A stretch of DNA of 61,259 nt from a virus (lineage: Duplodnaviria; Caudoviricetes): positions 1 to 61,259 of IMG/VR virus record IMGVR_UViG_3300045003_000239; one strand, 5' to 3'. The position numbers and the translations under genes are program-made. The notes beneath the pieces were generated by a model. That model was not told the origin of the DNA. It searched no databases and was given only the letters and a program-made list of their open reading frames with translations. The stretch's first letter is position 1. Every line of letters begins with the position of its first letter. This document shows positions 38,033 through 48,629 of this stretch, one piece after another.

Positions 38033-38640
38033 CGCGCATCCCCGACGGCAAGCTCGATGCCGCCGACGGCATCATCACACTCGACGGCGCGGCCACGCGC
38101 TTCGCTCTTGACCCGGCGGTCATCATCGCGGGCCTGCTCCAGAAGGAGTGGAACGACCAGAACACCGACGGCGTCACGCCCACCATCGGAATCCCGGAGG
38201 TCATGAAGGCCATCAAGTGGCAGGGCGGGCGCGACTACATCACCGTCTGGAACGAGGGAAGCAGCGGCGAGACTCCCAACGCCGTCGAGTACGGCTTCAC
38301 GAGCGAGACGCTCCAGGTCAAGATCGAGTTCGTGACCGCCTACGCGCTCGCGCAGCAGACGGCCGCGTTCAAGGGCCACATGCACCGCCTCCGCGAAGAA
38401 GCCCGCCGCATCGTCCTGGCGAATCGTCTCGACAGTGATCCCGCCTCCTTCCTCGCGCAGCCCGCGGGCCCCATCGGCAGCGCGCTCAATCCCAAGACCT
38501 ACTCCCAGCTCCTGACTGGCCGCCAGTGGATCAAGTGGGCCGCCCACAAAACCGAGCCCCAGCCTTGGAGTGGGGGCACGTTCCGCTTCGTCGTCATCTG
38601 CGAGATCGACTGGCGCTTCCGTGAGGTGAAGACCTCGTGA
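38029..38640 (+). CDS. Tail completion/terminator-like protein
   Basis: Position and size only. Confidence 0.45.
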   Translation: MTRIPDGKLDAADGIITLDGAATRFALDPAVIIAGLLQKEWNDQNTDGVTPTIGIPEVMKAIKWQGGRDYITVWNEGSSGETPNAVEYGFTSETLQVKIEFVTAYALAQQTAAFKGHMHRLREEARRIVLANRLDSDPASFLAQPAGPIGSALNPKTYSQLLTGRQWIKWAAHKTEPQPWSGGTFRFVVICEIDWRFREVKTS

Positions 38641-39110
38641 CCTCCAAGCAGGGCATCGACGTCATCGAGACCGGCCTCCGCGCCGTGGACACCGAGTTCG
38701 GCCCCGCGGCCGGCTTCGGCACGAGCCTCTTCGGCGACTTCCGCCGCGCCCCCTACATCGTGATCCTCGCCGTCATCGAAGGCGGCAGCGTCGCCCGGCT
38801 TGACGCCGGCAACACGTACGGCATCGAGGTCTGGTTCTACGCCGAGGACGGCACCCTCTTCACGCCGTTCAACGGGCTCGCTCAGATCCGCATCGAGAAT
38901 CCTGACGGTAGCGTCCTTCTCGACTGGACGGCCATGGACAACCGCGGCATCGGCCACTATCTGTACCAGTGGCAGACGCCCGACCCCACCGTGACCACGA
39001 ACGTCGTCCAGCAGGGGACGTACGTCATCCGCGTCCGCGGCCAGCTCCCCAGCGCGCCGAACAACTACCTGACGAACCGCATCAAGCGCTACCTTGAGGT
39101 GATCCGCTAA
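38637..39110 (+). CDS. Virion protein (Ig/BppU-like)
   Basis: IENPDGSVL..M...G.GHYLYQWQTP. Confidence 0.5.
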   Translation: MTSKQGIDVIETGLRAVDTEFGPAAGFGTSLFGDFRRAPYIVILAVIEGGSVARLDAGNTYGIEVWFYAEDGTLFTPFNGLAQIRIENPDGSVLLDWTAMDNRGIGHYLYQWQTPDPTVTTNVVQQGTYVIRVRGQLPSAPNNYLTNRIKRYLEVIR

Positions 39111-42100
39111 ATGGCCGCCGTCTTCCCCGCCGCTGCGTCCGTCAAAGGAACGAATCTCTTCGACGGTCAGGATCGCGCCGAGACCTTCCTCACGGGTCCG
39201 GTAGGCAGCACGGACGTGGTCATTCCCGTCAACGACCTCACGAAGTTCCAGTCCTACGGCGGCATCGCGTGGCTGGACAGCGAGCTCATCCGCTACACGG
39301 GCCTCAGCGCGGGTTCCGGAGCCGGGAACCTCACTGGCGTCACGCGCGGCTACGGCGGCACGGTCCAGACGACGCACAACGCGAACGCGCCCATCGGCCA
39401 GCGCATGAGCGCCGAGCACCTGAACCCCATCATCGACGAGGTGGTCGCGATGGAGCAAGTCCTGACGGGCGCCGCTCCCTTCCTCCACGGCCTCACCATC
39501 AAGCCCGCTGCGGCCGAGACCGCCCTCACGCTGGACCTCCAAGATCAGGTCGGTGCGACTGGCTCCAAGTTCCTGTCGCTCCAAGTGGCCGGCGTCGAGA
39601 AGGGCAACATCTCGTGGGATGCCGCCCTGTCGGAAATCCAGTTCAACGGCATCACGCTGGAGATCGGTCCGAGCGCTGACCTCGTCATCGACGACTCGCG
39701 GAGCCTGTGGTTCGGCACGAGCGAGCTCACGCGGTTCACCTACAACGCGACGAGCGCGCGCACCGAGGTCTCCGGCACGAACCTGAGCTTCCTCAACGCC
39801 GCCCAGTTCTCCAGTGGCGCCGGTGTGGCGCCTGATGTCGCCCTCGCGCGCCAGGCCTCCTCCATTCTGGAGGCCACGGGCTCCCTCGCCGGCAGCGTGC
39901 GCTACGGCATGAGCGGCGCGGGCACGCCGTTCGTCGCGCTGCGCGCTGCCGCCGCCGATGCGAATCCCATGGCGCAGCTCTCCACGACCGGCGTGAGCTT
40001 CGGCGTGGGTGGCGCCACCGCGACCGACGCGTCGCTCGGCCGCCAAGCCGCAGCCGTCCTGGAGCTCACGGGCTCCGTCGCAGGCAGCGTGCGGTACGGC
40101 ATGATTGGCGCCGCCGCGCCCTTCCTCGATCTCCGCCTCGCCGCGGGCGACGCGAACCCCGCCGCCGAGGTCCTCAAGGACCGCGTCCAGTTCGGCGCGG
40201 GCGGCGCGAGCGCGATTGACACGACGGTTTTCCGCCAGGCCGCCGGCATCCTCGCCTTGCCCGATGGGCAAGCCTTCGCGTGGGGCACGAACGCGCCCTT
40301 CCAGCAGAAGTACGTCTCGAACGCGAGCGGTGGCTATCTCGTCCGCGCCGACGGCGTGTACGTCATCCCCACCGGCGTCTCGGACGTCGGCGCGGCGATC
40401 ACGGCGGCGATCAGCGCGGGCGCGCTCAGCATCCTCGTGGACTACTCGACCACGCCGTACAGCATGGCTACCGGCGTGACGATCCCTGGTGGCGTCACCG
40501 TGGACCTGGGCTGGGGCAACACGATCCAGCTCGCCACTGGTCACGCCTCGCTCACGCTCTTCCAGGTCAACCCGAACGCGACGCTCCTGGGCTGCGTCAT
40601 CGACCTCGCGAACTACCTCGACGGCAACGGCAACTGCACGTACACGGGCAACGTCGTGGCCGTGGACGCTGTCGCTGCGAACGCGACGTACCAGGGCCAC
40701 AAGCCCACGACCGTGCGCCGCTTCCGCTTCCGCGGCACGACGGAGGAGCCCATCCCGGACTCGCCCAGCAGCGTCCTCGCCCACACGCTCAGCGGGACGG
40801 CCATCTACGTCAATTCCGGCGGGGCGGTTCAGGGGCTTGCGGTCTATGGTCTTACCGTCGAGGACATCGGCATCCTCGGCTTCCAGTACGGCATCCGCCT
40901 CAACCTCTCCACCGCCGTGGCCTTCATCAACGGCAACACGTTCGACAACATCTGGACCTTCGACTGCGCGAACTCCATTAACTCGACCGCGTTCACTCCC
41001 GGCTTGAACATCGACGGGAATCTCTTCGTGAACATCGACATCCAGAGCACGAAGAACTCGGTCACGGGCGTCGCCATCGACGGGAGCAACAACAAGTACC
41101 ACGGCCAGATCTGGGATTGGGCCAACCAGGCGCCCACGAGCGCCAAGCTCAACGCTATCACGGTCACGACGGGGAGCCACTTCAACGACATCAACCTCGG
41201 GACCTCGAAGGCCAGCACGGCGGACCGCAGCCAGGGTATTACCGGGGCGGACGGCGCCATCACGAGCGGCACGAACACCTTCGCGGCGGCCACTGGGGTC
41301 TTCGTGGCGGCGGACGTCGGGCGCACCATCGTCATCGCGGGCGCCGGCGCCGGCGGTGGCGCCCTCACGACGACGATCAGCGGCTACACGAGCCCGTCCA
41401 GCGTGACGCTCACGGCGAACGCGAGCACGACCGTCGCGGGCGCCACGTATTCGCTCCAGATCGCGGATGGAAAGAACTACTGGAAATACAACGGCGCGGA
41501 CAGCATCATCAGCGCGAAGTTCCTCCAGATCAGCGGCCTCGCCAACAGCCCCGACGGCGCGCTCCTCGACGCCTGGGGCAACAAGCTCCTCGCCAGCTTC
41601 TCGACGTTCAACTTCGGCGCGGGCGTCGGCAACTACCTCCTCATCACGCCCGGCCAGGCCAACACGAACACCGTCAAGCTCGGCGCGACCGGCACCGACG
41701 CGACGGTCCACCTCCTCCTCGAGGGGAAGGGCGTGGGCGGCAGCGTGCGCTTCCAGGACCCCAATACGGGCCTCACCGCGAACGCCGCCCTGATCGTCCA
41801 GCCCAGCATCACGCCCAGCGGCAGCGCGGCGCTCTACAACGTGGGCCTCTTCGGGGGCAACACGCTCACCTTCAACGCGAACCAGACGGGCGACTTCGGT
41901 AGCTTCCGCTTCGCGCAGACGACCATCGCGGAGAACTCGGTCGTCGCGGCCATCACGAACGCGACGACGGTCATCATCGACGGCGCACCCATCGCGGGAG
42001 CGAACCTGACGGCGATCACCAACGCCCGCGCGCTCTGGGTCAAGGCGGGCCTCGCGCAGCTCGATGGCAACCTCGGCATCGGCGCGGGCGCTGGCGCGGC

Positions 42101-44999
42101 GGACACGTACCTCATCCGCCAGGCTGCCGGCGTCCTTGCGGCCAGCACGAACGGAGCCAACATCGCGGGCACCTTCTACGCGCAGGTCTTCAAGGCCAAG
42201 AATGTGGGCTCCGGCGGCGACCCGTCGCTGAGCAGCGCGAGCAGCGGCCAGAACATGGACTTCAACGGCGTCGCCTTCCGCCCTGCCTCGGACAACGGCG
42301 GTCAACTCGGCCAGCCCGCGAACCGCTGGTCCAGCGTGGACGCCGTCCAGTGGCGCATCTTCGCCGCCGCCAACGACGCGAACCCCACGATGCAGGCCAG
42401 CGCGGGCGTCCTGAACTTCGGCGCCGGCGGCGCGACCGCCGTGGACGTCATCCTCCAGCGCAACGCCAACAGCGACATGAAGCTCACCGGCTCGCTCGCC
42501 GGCGACGTGCGCTGGGGCATGACCGGCGCGAACACGCCCCGCGTGAGCCTGCGCGCCGCGACGAGCGACGCGAACCACGCGGCTGCCGTCCAGGTGGACC
42601 GCTTCGAGATCGGCCACGGCGGCGCCAGCGTCGTGGACGTGGATCTGCGCCGCACGGGCGCCAACGCGCTCCAGCTCACCGCGAGCGCGGGCATCACCAT
42701 CACGGGCGACCTCGTCGGGAGCGCGGACGCGGCCCGCAGCGTGGGCACGGCGACCACGCGCATGTTGAACGTCGTCGCCAACGTCCATGCGATCTACGCC
42801 GCCAGCGGCGACGCGAATCCCGTCTGGCGCGCGTCCAGCGCGGGAGTCGCCTACGGCGTGGGCGGCGCAACGGCGACGGACGTTCTCGTCGCCCGCCAGG
42901 CCGCCTCGGTCCTCGAGGTCACCGGCAGCGTGGCCGGTAGCGTGCGCTACGGCATGACTGGTGCCGGCGCACCCTTCCTTGCGCTGCGTGCCGCCGCGGC
43001 GGACGCGAACGCCCTCGTAAGCTTCACGAGCACGGGCCTCAGCCTGGGGCCGGGCGGCGCGACGGCCGTGGACTGGACACTCCTCCGCACGGCCACGCAG
43101 ACCGCGACCTTGACGGGCCTCACCATCTTCGCCGCGACCTCAAGCCAGGCGGGCCAGAGCGCCGCGGCGGTGGATCTCGTGCGCGGCGGCACGACTCAGA
43201 CCGTGACGTTCACGACGAACCAGACGGGCGACGTCGTCGCGAACCACTACTACCAGAAGACCATCGTGAACGCGGGCGCCGTGACCATCACGAACGCCTC
43301 CACCCTGAAGATCGACGGCGCGCCCATCCAGGGCGCCACGGGCACCATCACGAACTTGTACGCCCTGTGGGTCGCGGGCGGCACGACGCGCTTCGACGGC
43401 GCGCTCAGCACCCAGAACATCAACCCCACCTCGGACGCGACGTACAGCCTCGGCACGAGCACGCTGCGCTGGCAGAACGCCATCGCGAACGTCCACGCCG
43501 TGTACGCGGCGAGCGCGGACGCGAACCCCGTCTGGCAGGCCAGCAGCGCTGGCATGGCGCTTGGCGTGGGCGGCGCGACCGCGACGGACGTCCTCATCGC
43601 GCGCCAGGCCGCGGGCGTCGTGGAGCTCACGGGGAGCCTCGCGGGCAGCGTCCGCCTGGGCATGAGCGGCGCGAACACGCCCTTCCTCGCTCTCCGCAAC
43701 GCGGCGGCCGACGCCAACGCCAAGACCCTCCTCGGCGCTGGCAGCCTCGCCTTCGGCCCGGGCGGCGCGACGGCCGTGCGCTCGTACATCTTCGAGCAGG
43801 CGTCGAACGTGCTTGCCGCGGGCAACGATGGCGCGACCGTCAACGGCACGTTCTACGCCCAGAACCTCAAGATCAAGAACACGGGCGCCGGTAGCGACGT
43901 GACCCTCGCCAGCGCGTCCTCGAGCGCCATCGCGAACATCAACGGCGGCCTCGTGCCCAGCTCGGACGGCTCGTTCAACCTCGGCCTGGGCAGCGCGCGG
44001 TGGAGCAACATCTTCAGCGCGGCCTTCAAGACGTACACGGCCGGAACGGACACCGTCGCGACGGTCCAGCTCGACAGCAACTGGATCAGCCTCGGCGCGG
44101 GCGGCTCCACGGCGCTCGACATCTTCGTGAAGCGTCAAGCCGCCAGCATCCTCGAACTCACCGGCTCCCTCGCCGGCAGCGTGCGCTACGGCATGAGCGC
44201 GGCTAACACGCCGTTCCTCGCGCTGCGCAACGCGGCTGCCGACGCGAATCCGCTCCTCCAGCTCAAGACCGACCGCATCGAGCTTGGTCCGGGCGGCGCC
44301 AGCGTCGTGGACGTGGATCTGCGCCGCACGGGCGCGAACTCGCTCCAGCTCACTGCGTCGAGCGGGATCACGGTCACGGGCGACTTGCTCGCGAGCAGCG
44401 ACAACGCGCGCGCGCTGGGTAGCACGTCGAACCGCATGGCGCACGTCTATGCGGCCGAGCTCGACCTGCTCAGCGCGGCCAGCGGCAGCGTCGGCGCCCT
44501 CGTCCCCGCGGCGCTCACGGCCGCGCGCACGTGGACGTTCCCCGACGCCACCGGCACCGTCGCGTTGACCAACCAGGTCGCCGGCCTCCCGATCAAGCGC
44601 AAGGTGACGCCCGCGAACTCGGGCAACATCACGGTCACGTCGCAGGGAACGGCCGTGAGCGTCGGTACGTACACGACGAACGGGAATGCGCTCCTCGCCT
44701 TCCAGATCAAGGCGACCACTGCGCCGGCCGCCACGCAGAACCTGACGCTCTTCATCAAGGTCACGTTCACTGACAACACGACTCTGAACCTTGCCACGCA
44801 CAACGACGGCGGCGTCGCGACGACCTTCGACTGGAATCTCAGCGGCGCGACCGTCGCCAGTGCGGTGAGCATCGACTTCCCCAGCGAGGTCGGCAATCAG
44901 ACGAAGGCCATCAAGCAGATCGACATCATGGCCTACGGCAGCAGCGGCACGAACTCGGGCACGATCACGAACATGCTGATCACCGGCGTGGACTTCTAA
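39111..44999 (+). CDS. 1962-aa fibre/adhesin with internal repeats and a beta-helix-like region
   Basis: A/G/T/S-rich; repeated RQAA.VLE.TGS.AGSVRYGM.GA..PF.ALRAAAADANP units. Confidence 0.85.
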   Translation: MAAVFPAAASVKGTNLFDGQDRAETFLTGPVGSTDVVIPVNDLTKFQSYGGIAWLDSELIRYTGLSAGSGAGNLTGVTRGYGGTVQTTHNANAPIGQRMSAEHLNPIIDEVVAMEQVLTGAAPFLHGLTIKPAAAETALTLDLQDQVGATGSKFLSLQVAGVEKGNISWDAALSEIQFNGITLEIGPSADLVIDDSRSLWFGTSELTRFTYNATSARTEVSGTNLSFLNAAQFSSGAGVAPDVALARQASSILEATGSLAGSVRYGMSGAGTPFVALRAAAADANPMAQLSTTGVSFGVGGATATDASLGRQAAAVLELTGSVAGSVRYGMIGAAAPFLDLRLAAGDANPAAEVLKDRVQFGAGGASAIDTTVFRQAAGILALPDGQAFAWGTNAPFQQKYVSNASGGYLVRADGVYVIPTGVSDVGAAITAAISAGALSILVDYSTTPYSMATGVTIPGGVTVDLGWGNTIQLATGHASLTLFQVNPNATLLGCVIDLANYLDGNGNCTYTGNVVAVDAVAANATYQGHKPTTVRRFRFRGTTEEPIPDSPSSVLAHTLSGTAIYVNSGGAVQGLAVYGLTVEDIGILGFQYGIRLNLSTAVAFINGNTFDNIWTFDCANSINSTAFTPGLNIDGNLFVNIDIQSTKNSVTGVAIDGSNNKYHGQIWDWANQAPTSAKLNAITVTTGSHFNDINLGTSKASTADRSQGITGADGAITSGTNTFAAATGVFVAADVGRTIVIAGAGAGGGALTTTISGYTSPSSVTLTANASTTVAGATYSLQIADGKNYWKYNGADSIISAKFLQISGLANSPDGALLDAWGNKLLASFSTFNFGAGVGNYLLITPGQANTNTVKLGATGTDATVHLLLEGKGVGGSVRFQDPNTGLTANAALIVQPSITPSGSAALYNVGLFGGNTLTFNANQTGDFGSFRFAQTTIAENSVVAAITNATTVIIDGAPIAGANLTAITNARALWVKAGLAQLDGNLGIGAGAGAADTYLIRQAAGVLAASTNGANIAGTFYAQVFKAKNVGSGGDPSLSSASSGQNMDFNGVAFRPASDNGGQLGQPANRWSSVDAVQWRIFAAANDANPTMQASAGVLNFGAGGATAVDVILQRNANSDMKLTGSLAGDVRWGMTGANTPRVSLRAATSDANHAAAVQVDRFEIGHGGASVVDVDLRRTGANALQLTASAGITITGDLVGSADAARSVGTATTRMLNVVANVHAIYAASGDANPVWRASSAGVAYGVGGATATDVLVARQAASVLEVTGSVAGSVRYGMTGAGAPFLALRAAAADANALVSFTSTGLSLGPGGATAVDWTLLRTATQTATLTGLTIFAATSSQAGQSAAAVDLVRGGTTQTVTFTTNQTGDVVANHYYQKTIVNAGAVTITNASTLKIDGAPIQGATGTITNLYALWVAGGTTRFDGALSTQNINPTSDATYSLGTSTLRWQNAIANVHAVYAASADANPVWQASSAGMALGVGGATATDVLIARQAAGVVELTGSLAGSVRLGMSGANTPFLALRNAAADANAKTLLGAGSLAFGPGGATAVRSYIFEQASNVLAAGNDGATVNGTFYAQNLKIKNTGAGSDVTLASASSSAIANINGGLVPSSDGSFNLGLGSARWSNIFSAAFKTYTAGTDTVATVQLDSNWISLGAGGSTALDIFVKRQAASILELTGSLAGSVRYGMSAANTPFLALRNAAADANPLLQLKTDRIELGPGGASVVDVDLRRTGANSLQLTASSGITVTGDLLASSDNARALGSTSNRMAHVYAAELDLLSAASGSVGALVPAALTAARTWTFPDATGTVALTNQVAGLPIKRKVTPANSGNITVTSQGTAVSVGTYTTNGNALLAFQIKATTAPAATQNLTLFIKVTFTDNTTLNLATHNDGGVATTFDWNLSGATVASAVSIDFPSEVGNQTKAIKQIDIMAYGSSGTNSGTITNMLITGVDF

Positions 45000-45123
45000 G
45001 GAGGAGCCTAACGCCCATCTTCGTGAGCTTCCTCTGAATCTGGCCTCAAAACGCTACCGGCATAATCGCCACCGTCTCATCTCCATTCGCTCGGGGCTAC
45101 CAGGCCCCGCACCGAACGTTCGA

Positions 45124-45702
45124 GTGATCGACATGGCAACCGACACCGAGATCAAGACCGTCGAGGACCGCGTGAAGGAGCTGGAGCGCGAGAAGAACCG
45201 CGCCGACATCGACTACAAGCGCAAGCAGGCGGACCACGCGCAGATCCAGCAGGAATGGCAGAAGAAGCGCCAGGACGTCCAGAAGAAGGCCGCCGAAGTC
45301 GAGGAGAAGCTCAACAGCCTCGACTCGCGCGAGAAGGACCTCCGCGACCTCAAGATCGCGTACGACGCGAGCGTCATGGAGTCCCGCCGGCGCCGCCTGA
45401 AGGACGAGCTCGCAGACCTCAAGGCCCAGATCAGCGACCTGTACGCACAGCAGCAGGTCGAGGAGCAGCCCATCCTGAAGGAGATGGACGCCCTCAACGA
45501 CCGGCTCACGAAGGCCACCAAGGCCGCGACCGGCGAGCGCGAGTACCTCGATGAGCTCCGAGCGGCCAAGGACACCTCCGCGCCCCCTGAGGGCTCCAAG
45601 CGCCGCGCCGGCGCCGCTGCGCGCGCCAAGGCTGCTGCGACCGACGCGACGGGCAAGGACGTCAGCCCCGCGGACTCGGAGGCCGCCGCCCCGCCCGCGT
45701 AG
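45124..45702 (+). CDS. Coiled-coil protein
   Basis: Long charged heptads. Confidence 0.65.
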   Translation: MIDMATDTEIKTVEDRVKELEREKNRADIDYKRKQADHAQIQQEWQKKRQDVQKKAAEVEEKLNSLDSREKDLRDLKIAYDASVMESRRRRLKDELADLKAQISDLYAQQQVEEQPILKEMDALNDRLTKATKAATGEREYLDELRAAKDTSAPPEGSKRRAGAAARAKAAATDATGKDVSPADSEAAAPPA

Positions 45703-45756
45703 GGCGGCCCACCGCTCCGGGGAGGGGCATCTTCCTTTCCGTCTTGAGGTGCTTCC

Positions 45757-47070
45757 ATGGTTTCCGGTACGCCCTACACGAGCGCGACGGGCCGCCTCGC
45801 CTTCGGTCGCGAGACGAGCCTCGGCAAGTTCGCCACGCCCGACCGCTTCTTCGGCATCACGCACCAAGCCGTGGAGCTTCCCGACGTCAGCGTCGAGCCC
45901 CTCCCCTACAACAGCTTCGGCAGCACCGGCACGGCGCCAGCGGGCGGCACGGTCGCGATCCGCAAGCGCGCCACGGTCCTCCAGGGTCGCAAGGAGCGCA
46001 AGCGCAGCATCACGTACCTGCCCACGACTGCGGAGCCGTTCTACTACGCCTTCGGCGTGGACGACTTCACGCCTGGCTCGCCGAACATCCACGTGATGTA
46101 CCCGGCGGCCATCGCGGTGCCGCCCAGCCGTACGCTGGCCGCCGCGAACCCCGGCAGCCCGAACTTCCAGCGCCTCTTCATGGGCTACGTCGTGGACGGC
46201 CTCCGCGTACAGCTCAGCGAGGCGCGCGAGCTCCAGGTCACGGAGGACTACATGGCGCGCGTCGCCCGCGCCTACGACCTTCCCGCGCCCACTCTCCTGC
46301 CGAGCATCGCGACGCAGGCGAGCATCCGCGCGGGCGCGCGGCCCTACATGTTCTACGACCGCCAGGCGAACGTGACGCTCGGCGGCACCTACGACTACTC
46401 CGCGAACTCGATCAGCGGAGGTCGCAGCATCGCCCGCGTGCGATCGTTCGACTGGAGCATCCGCAATCAGGCGAAGGCGCACCATTTCAGCAACAACGGC
46501 GACCGCACCCAGCTCACGGGCACCGTGACCGTGACCAACGGGTCGGCCGTCGTCACTGGGGTGGGTACGACCTTCACCACCGACCTCTTCGCTGGCGCTC
46601 ACGTCCTCTTCCAGCAGGACGCGGGCTTCAGCCTCAAGCTCTACACCGTCCAGAGCGTGGACTCCGACACGCAGATCACGCTCACGGCGAACGCGGGTTC
46701 GGGGAGCGCAGGCGCAGGCCAGTGGGTATCCCGCATGGACACCGATAACGCGCAGGACCCCTACCAGTTCACCTGGGGCACGCCCGAGTTCGACCTGACG
46801 CTTCAGGTCACGCCCGCGGGCAAGACGAGCGCCGACGTCGATGCCGTGTACGACCTCATCGAGAACGGCACGAAGGGCGACTGCCTCATCCCCTTCTGGC
46901 GCGGCGCCAGCGACCGGCTCGACTTCGTCTTCTCCCAGTGCATCTTCGCGGAGGGTCCGCACGGGTGGAGAGAAGACGGGAACGAAATCACCGTGGATCT
47001 GCGCGTCGTGCCAGAGGAAATCCGAGTCGTCGCGCGGGACACCTTGGGTCAGTATTCGCTCCTCGTTTGA
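45757..47070 (+). CDS. Major tail tube protein with inserted fibre-type domain
   Basis: LAFGRETSLG..PDRFFG N terminus; upstream of chaperones and TMP. Confidence 0.75.
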   Translation: MVSGTPYTSATGRLAFGRETSLGKFATPDRFFGITHQAVELPDVSVEPLPYNSFGSTGTAPAGGTVAIRKRATVLQGRKERKRSITYLPTTAEPFYYAFGVDDFTPGSPNIHVMYPAAIAVPPSRTLAAANPGSPNFQRLFMGYVVDGLRVQLSEARELQVTEDYMARVARAYDLPAPTLLPSIATQASIRAGARPYMFYDRQANVTLGGTYDYSANSISGGRSIARVRSFDWSIRNQAKAHHFSNNGDRTQLTGTVTVTNGSAVVTGVGTTFTTDLFAGAHVLFQQDAGFSLKLYTVQSVDSDTQITLTANAGSGSAGAGQWVSRMDTDNAQDPYQFTWGTPEFDLTLQVTPAGKTSADVDAVYDLIENGTKGDCLIPFWRGASDRLDFVFSQCIFAEGPHGWREDGNEITVDLRVVPEEIRVVARDTLGQYSLLV

Positions 47071-47077
47071 GGTCTGC

Positions 47078-47965
47078 ATGTACATCTACGCCCTCGTTGA
47101 CCCGCGAGATGGAGAGATCCGCTACGTTGGGAAGGCCAAGGACCTGAAGGTGCGACTGTGGGGGCATCTCCACGAGAAGGCCCGCACGCACAAGGCCAAC
47201 TGGATTCGGTCCCTCCTCGCCGCCGGCCTGAAGCCGGAGCTTCGCGTCCTTGAGGAGACAGGCGACGATTGGGCTGAGCGCGAGCGGTGGTGGATTCGCC
47301 ACTTCCGCGAAACCGGCACGCAACTGACGAACTACACCGACGGCGGCGAGGGATGGTCCGGAGGTTCCCATCGCCCTGAGACCATCGAACGTATTCGCCA
47401 GAAGAAGCTCGGGACTCCCGCATGGAACCGCGGCCTCAAGGGCTTCATGGCTGGCCGAACCGTCTCGTCCGAAACCCGCGCAAGGATGAGCGCGGCGCAG
47501 AGGAAACCGTGGGACGAGTGGAGGGCGCACATGTTCGGGATCATGCGCTACAATGCCTACTCCACGGGATACCGCCACACGCCCGAAGCCATCGAGCGCA
47601 TTCGCGCATCCTCCCGCGCAAGAGGTATTCCGCCTGAGGTAGCCCGGCGCGGAAGGGAGGCCGCCCTAAAGGCAACAGTCGGACGGACCCAGTCGCCGTC
47701 AGAAAGGGCTGCTCGATCCGCCTCGATGAAGAAGGCGTGGAGCGAAGGTCGTCACCCGTCGGTACGTCCCACCGTGACTCCGGCGTTCGCCGCTCACAAC
47801 AAGGAGGCCTTGGCGAAGGCCTGGGCCAAGACTCGTGGACAACCTCGCAGTGCCGACTTCAAAACCAAAGTCTCCGCTGGAATGAAGGCGTATTACGCCT
47901 TTGTCAGGGGGTGTGAGGCCCTCCGATTCCTCACGACAGAATCGATCGAAAGAGTGAGCGTATGA
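47078..47965 (+). CDS. Free-standing GIY-YIG homing endonuclease with NUMOD3-like repeats
   Basis: YIYALVDPRDGEIRYVGK...ERWWI...LTN.TDGGEG, H.PETIERI, SSETRARMS; lower GC. Confidence 0.88.
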   Translation: MYIYALVDPRDGEIRYVGKAKDLKVRLWGHLHEKARTHKANWIRSLLAAGLKPELRVLEETGDDWAERERWWIRHFRETGTQLTNYTDGGEGWSGGSHRPETIERIRQKKLGTPAWNRGLKGFMAGRTVSSETRARMSAAQRKPWDEWRAHMFGIMRYNAYSTGYRHTPEAIERIRASSRARGIPPEVARRGREAALKATVGRTQSPSERAARSASMKKAWSEGRHPSVRPTVTPAFAAHNKEALAKAWAKTRGQPRSADFKTKVSAGMKAYYAFVRGCEALRFLTTESIERVSV

Positions 47966-48435
47966 ACACCACCGTAACCGAATCCCAAGCTCCTAAGGAA
48001 CTCGCCGCGCCGAAGAACGCCCAGAGCGGCGAGGCCGCCATCACGCACCTCATCCGTGGCGGCCCCTGGCTCGTGAACGGCCAGCCCACCACCGAGGTGA
48101 AGGTCGTGGCCTACCCGGTCACGCGCTGGCACGTCCGACAGGCGATGGAGGAGGCCGCGCTCGCGTTCCTCGAGAAGTACGGAAAGAAGGGACTCAGCCC
48201 CACCGTCTTCGAGGACGCTCTCGCCCGCGCGTGCATCAAGTCGTGGACGCTCCCGAAGCCCCCCAGCCTCAACGGCTGGCGGCTCATCGAGGACAAGACG
48301 CTGGGCGACAAGATCGCCGAGGCCCTCGGCTTCGACGACGCCCTCCGCAGCCTCCGCGGCGAATCCAAGGAGGCGGAGGACGCGGGAAACTCGCAGCCGG
48401 GCGACTCGTCCCCGACGTCGCCCCCGACCTCCTGA
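47962..48435 (+). CDS. Tail assembly chaperone (gpG-like)
   Basis: Before TMP; slippery G GGA AAC at 48384-48390. Confidence 0.75.
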   Translation: MNTTVTESQAPKELAAPKNAQSGEAAITHLIRGGPWLVNGQPTTEVKVVAYPVTRWHVRQAMEEAALAFLEKYGKKGLSPTVFEDALARACIKSWTLPKPPSLNGWRLIEDKTLGDKIAEALGFDDALRSLRGESKEAEDAGNSQPGDSSPTSPPTS

Positions 48436-48629
48436 TCGACTTCCAGGAGTGGCTCCTGATGCAAACCGGCATCGTCGCCCCGTACACGCGCGCCGAGCTT
48501 GAGCAGGTGCCCCTCCGTCGTCTCCTGCGCTTCCAGGGCTTCAGCAAGGGCCTCCAGGAGCGCCGCGCGAAGGAGCAGGGCGACGCGAGCGTCGAGAACC
48601 AGTACCGGGCCTTCATGAGCAACGGGTGA
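48384..48629 (+). CDS. Frameshift extension of tail chaperone (gpGT-like, -1 frame)
   Basis: -1 frame open (KLAAGRLVPDVAPDLLIDFQEWLL...MSNG*), ending on the TMP start (GTGA). Confidence 0.75.
   Translation, partial: GKLAAGRLVPDVAPDLLIDFQEWLLMQTGIVAPYTRAELEQVPLRRLLRFQGFSKGLQERRAKEQGDASVENQYRAFMSNG

Noticed and set aside
38499-42788. Very long minus-strand ORFs (also 16634-19528, 23927-26365, 3602-6052)
   Set aside because: Antisense shadows of GC3-biased plus-strand genes; no recognisable motifs.
39111-44999. Diversity-generating retroelement target
   Set aside because: No reverse transcriptase and no adenine-specific TR/VR pair seen.
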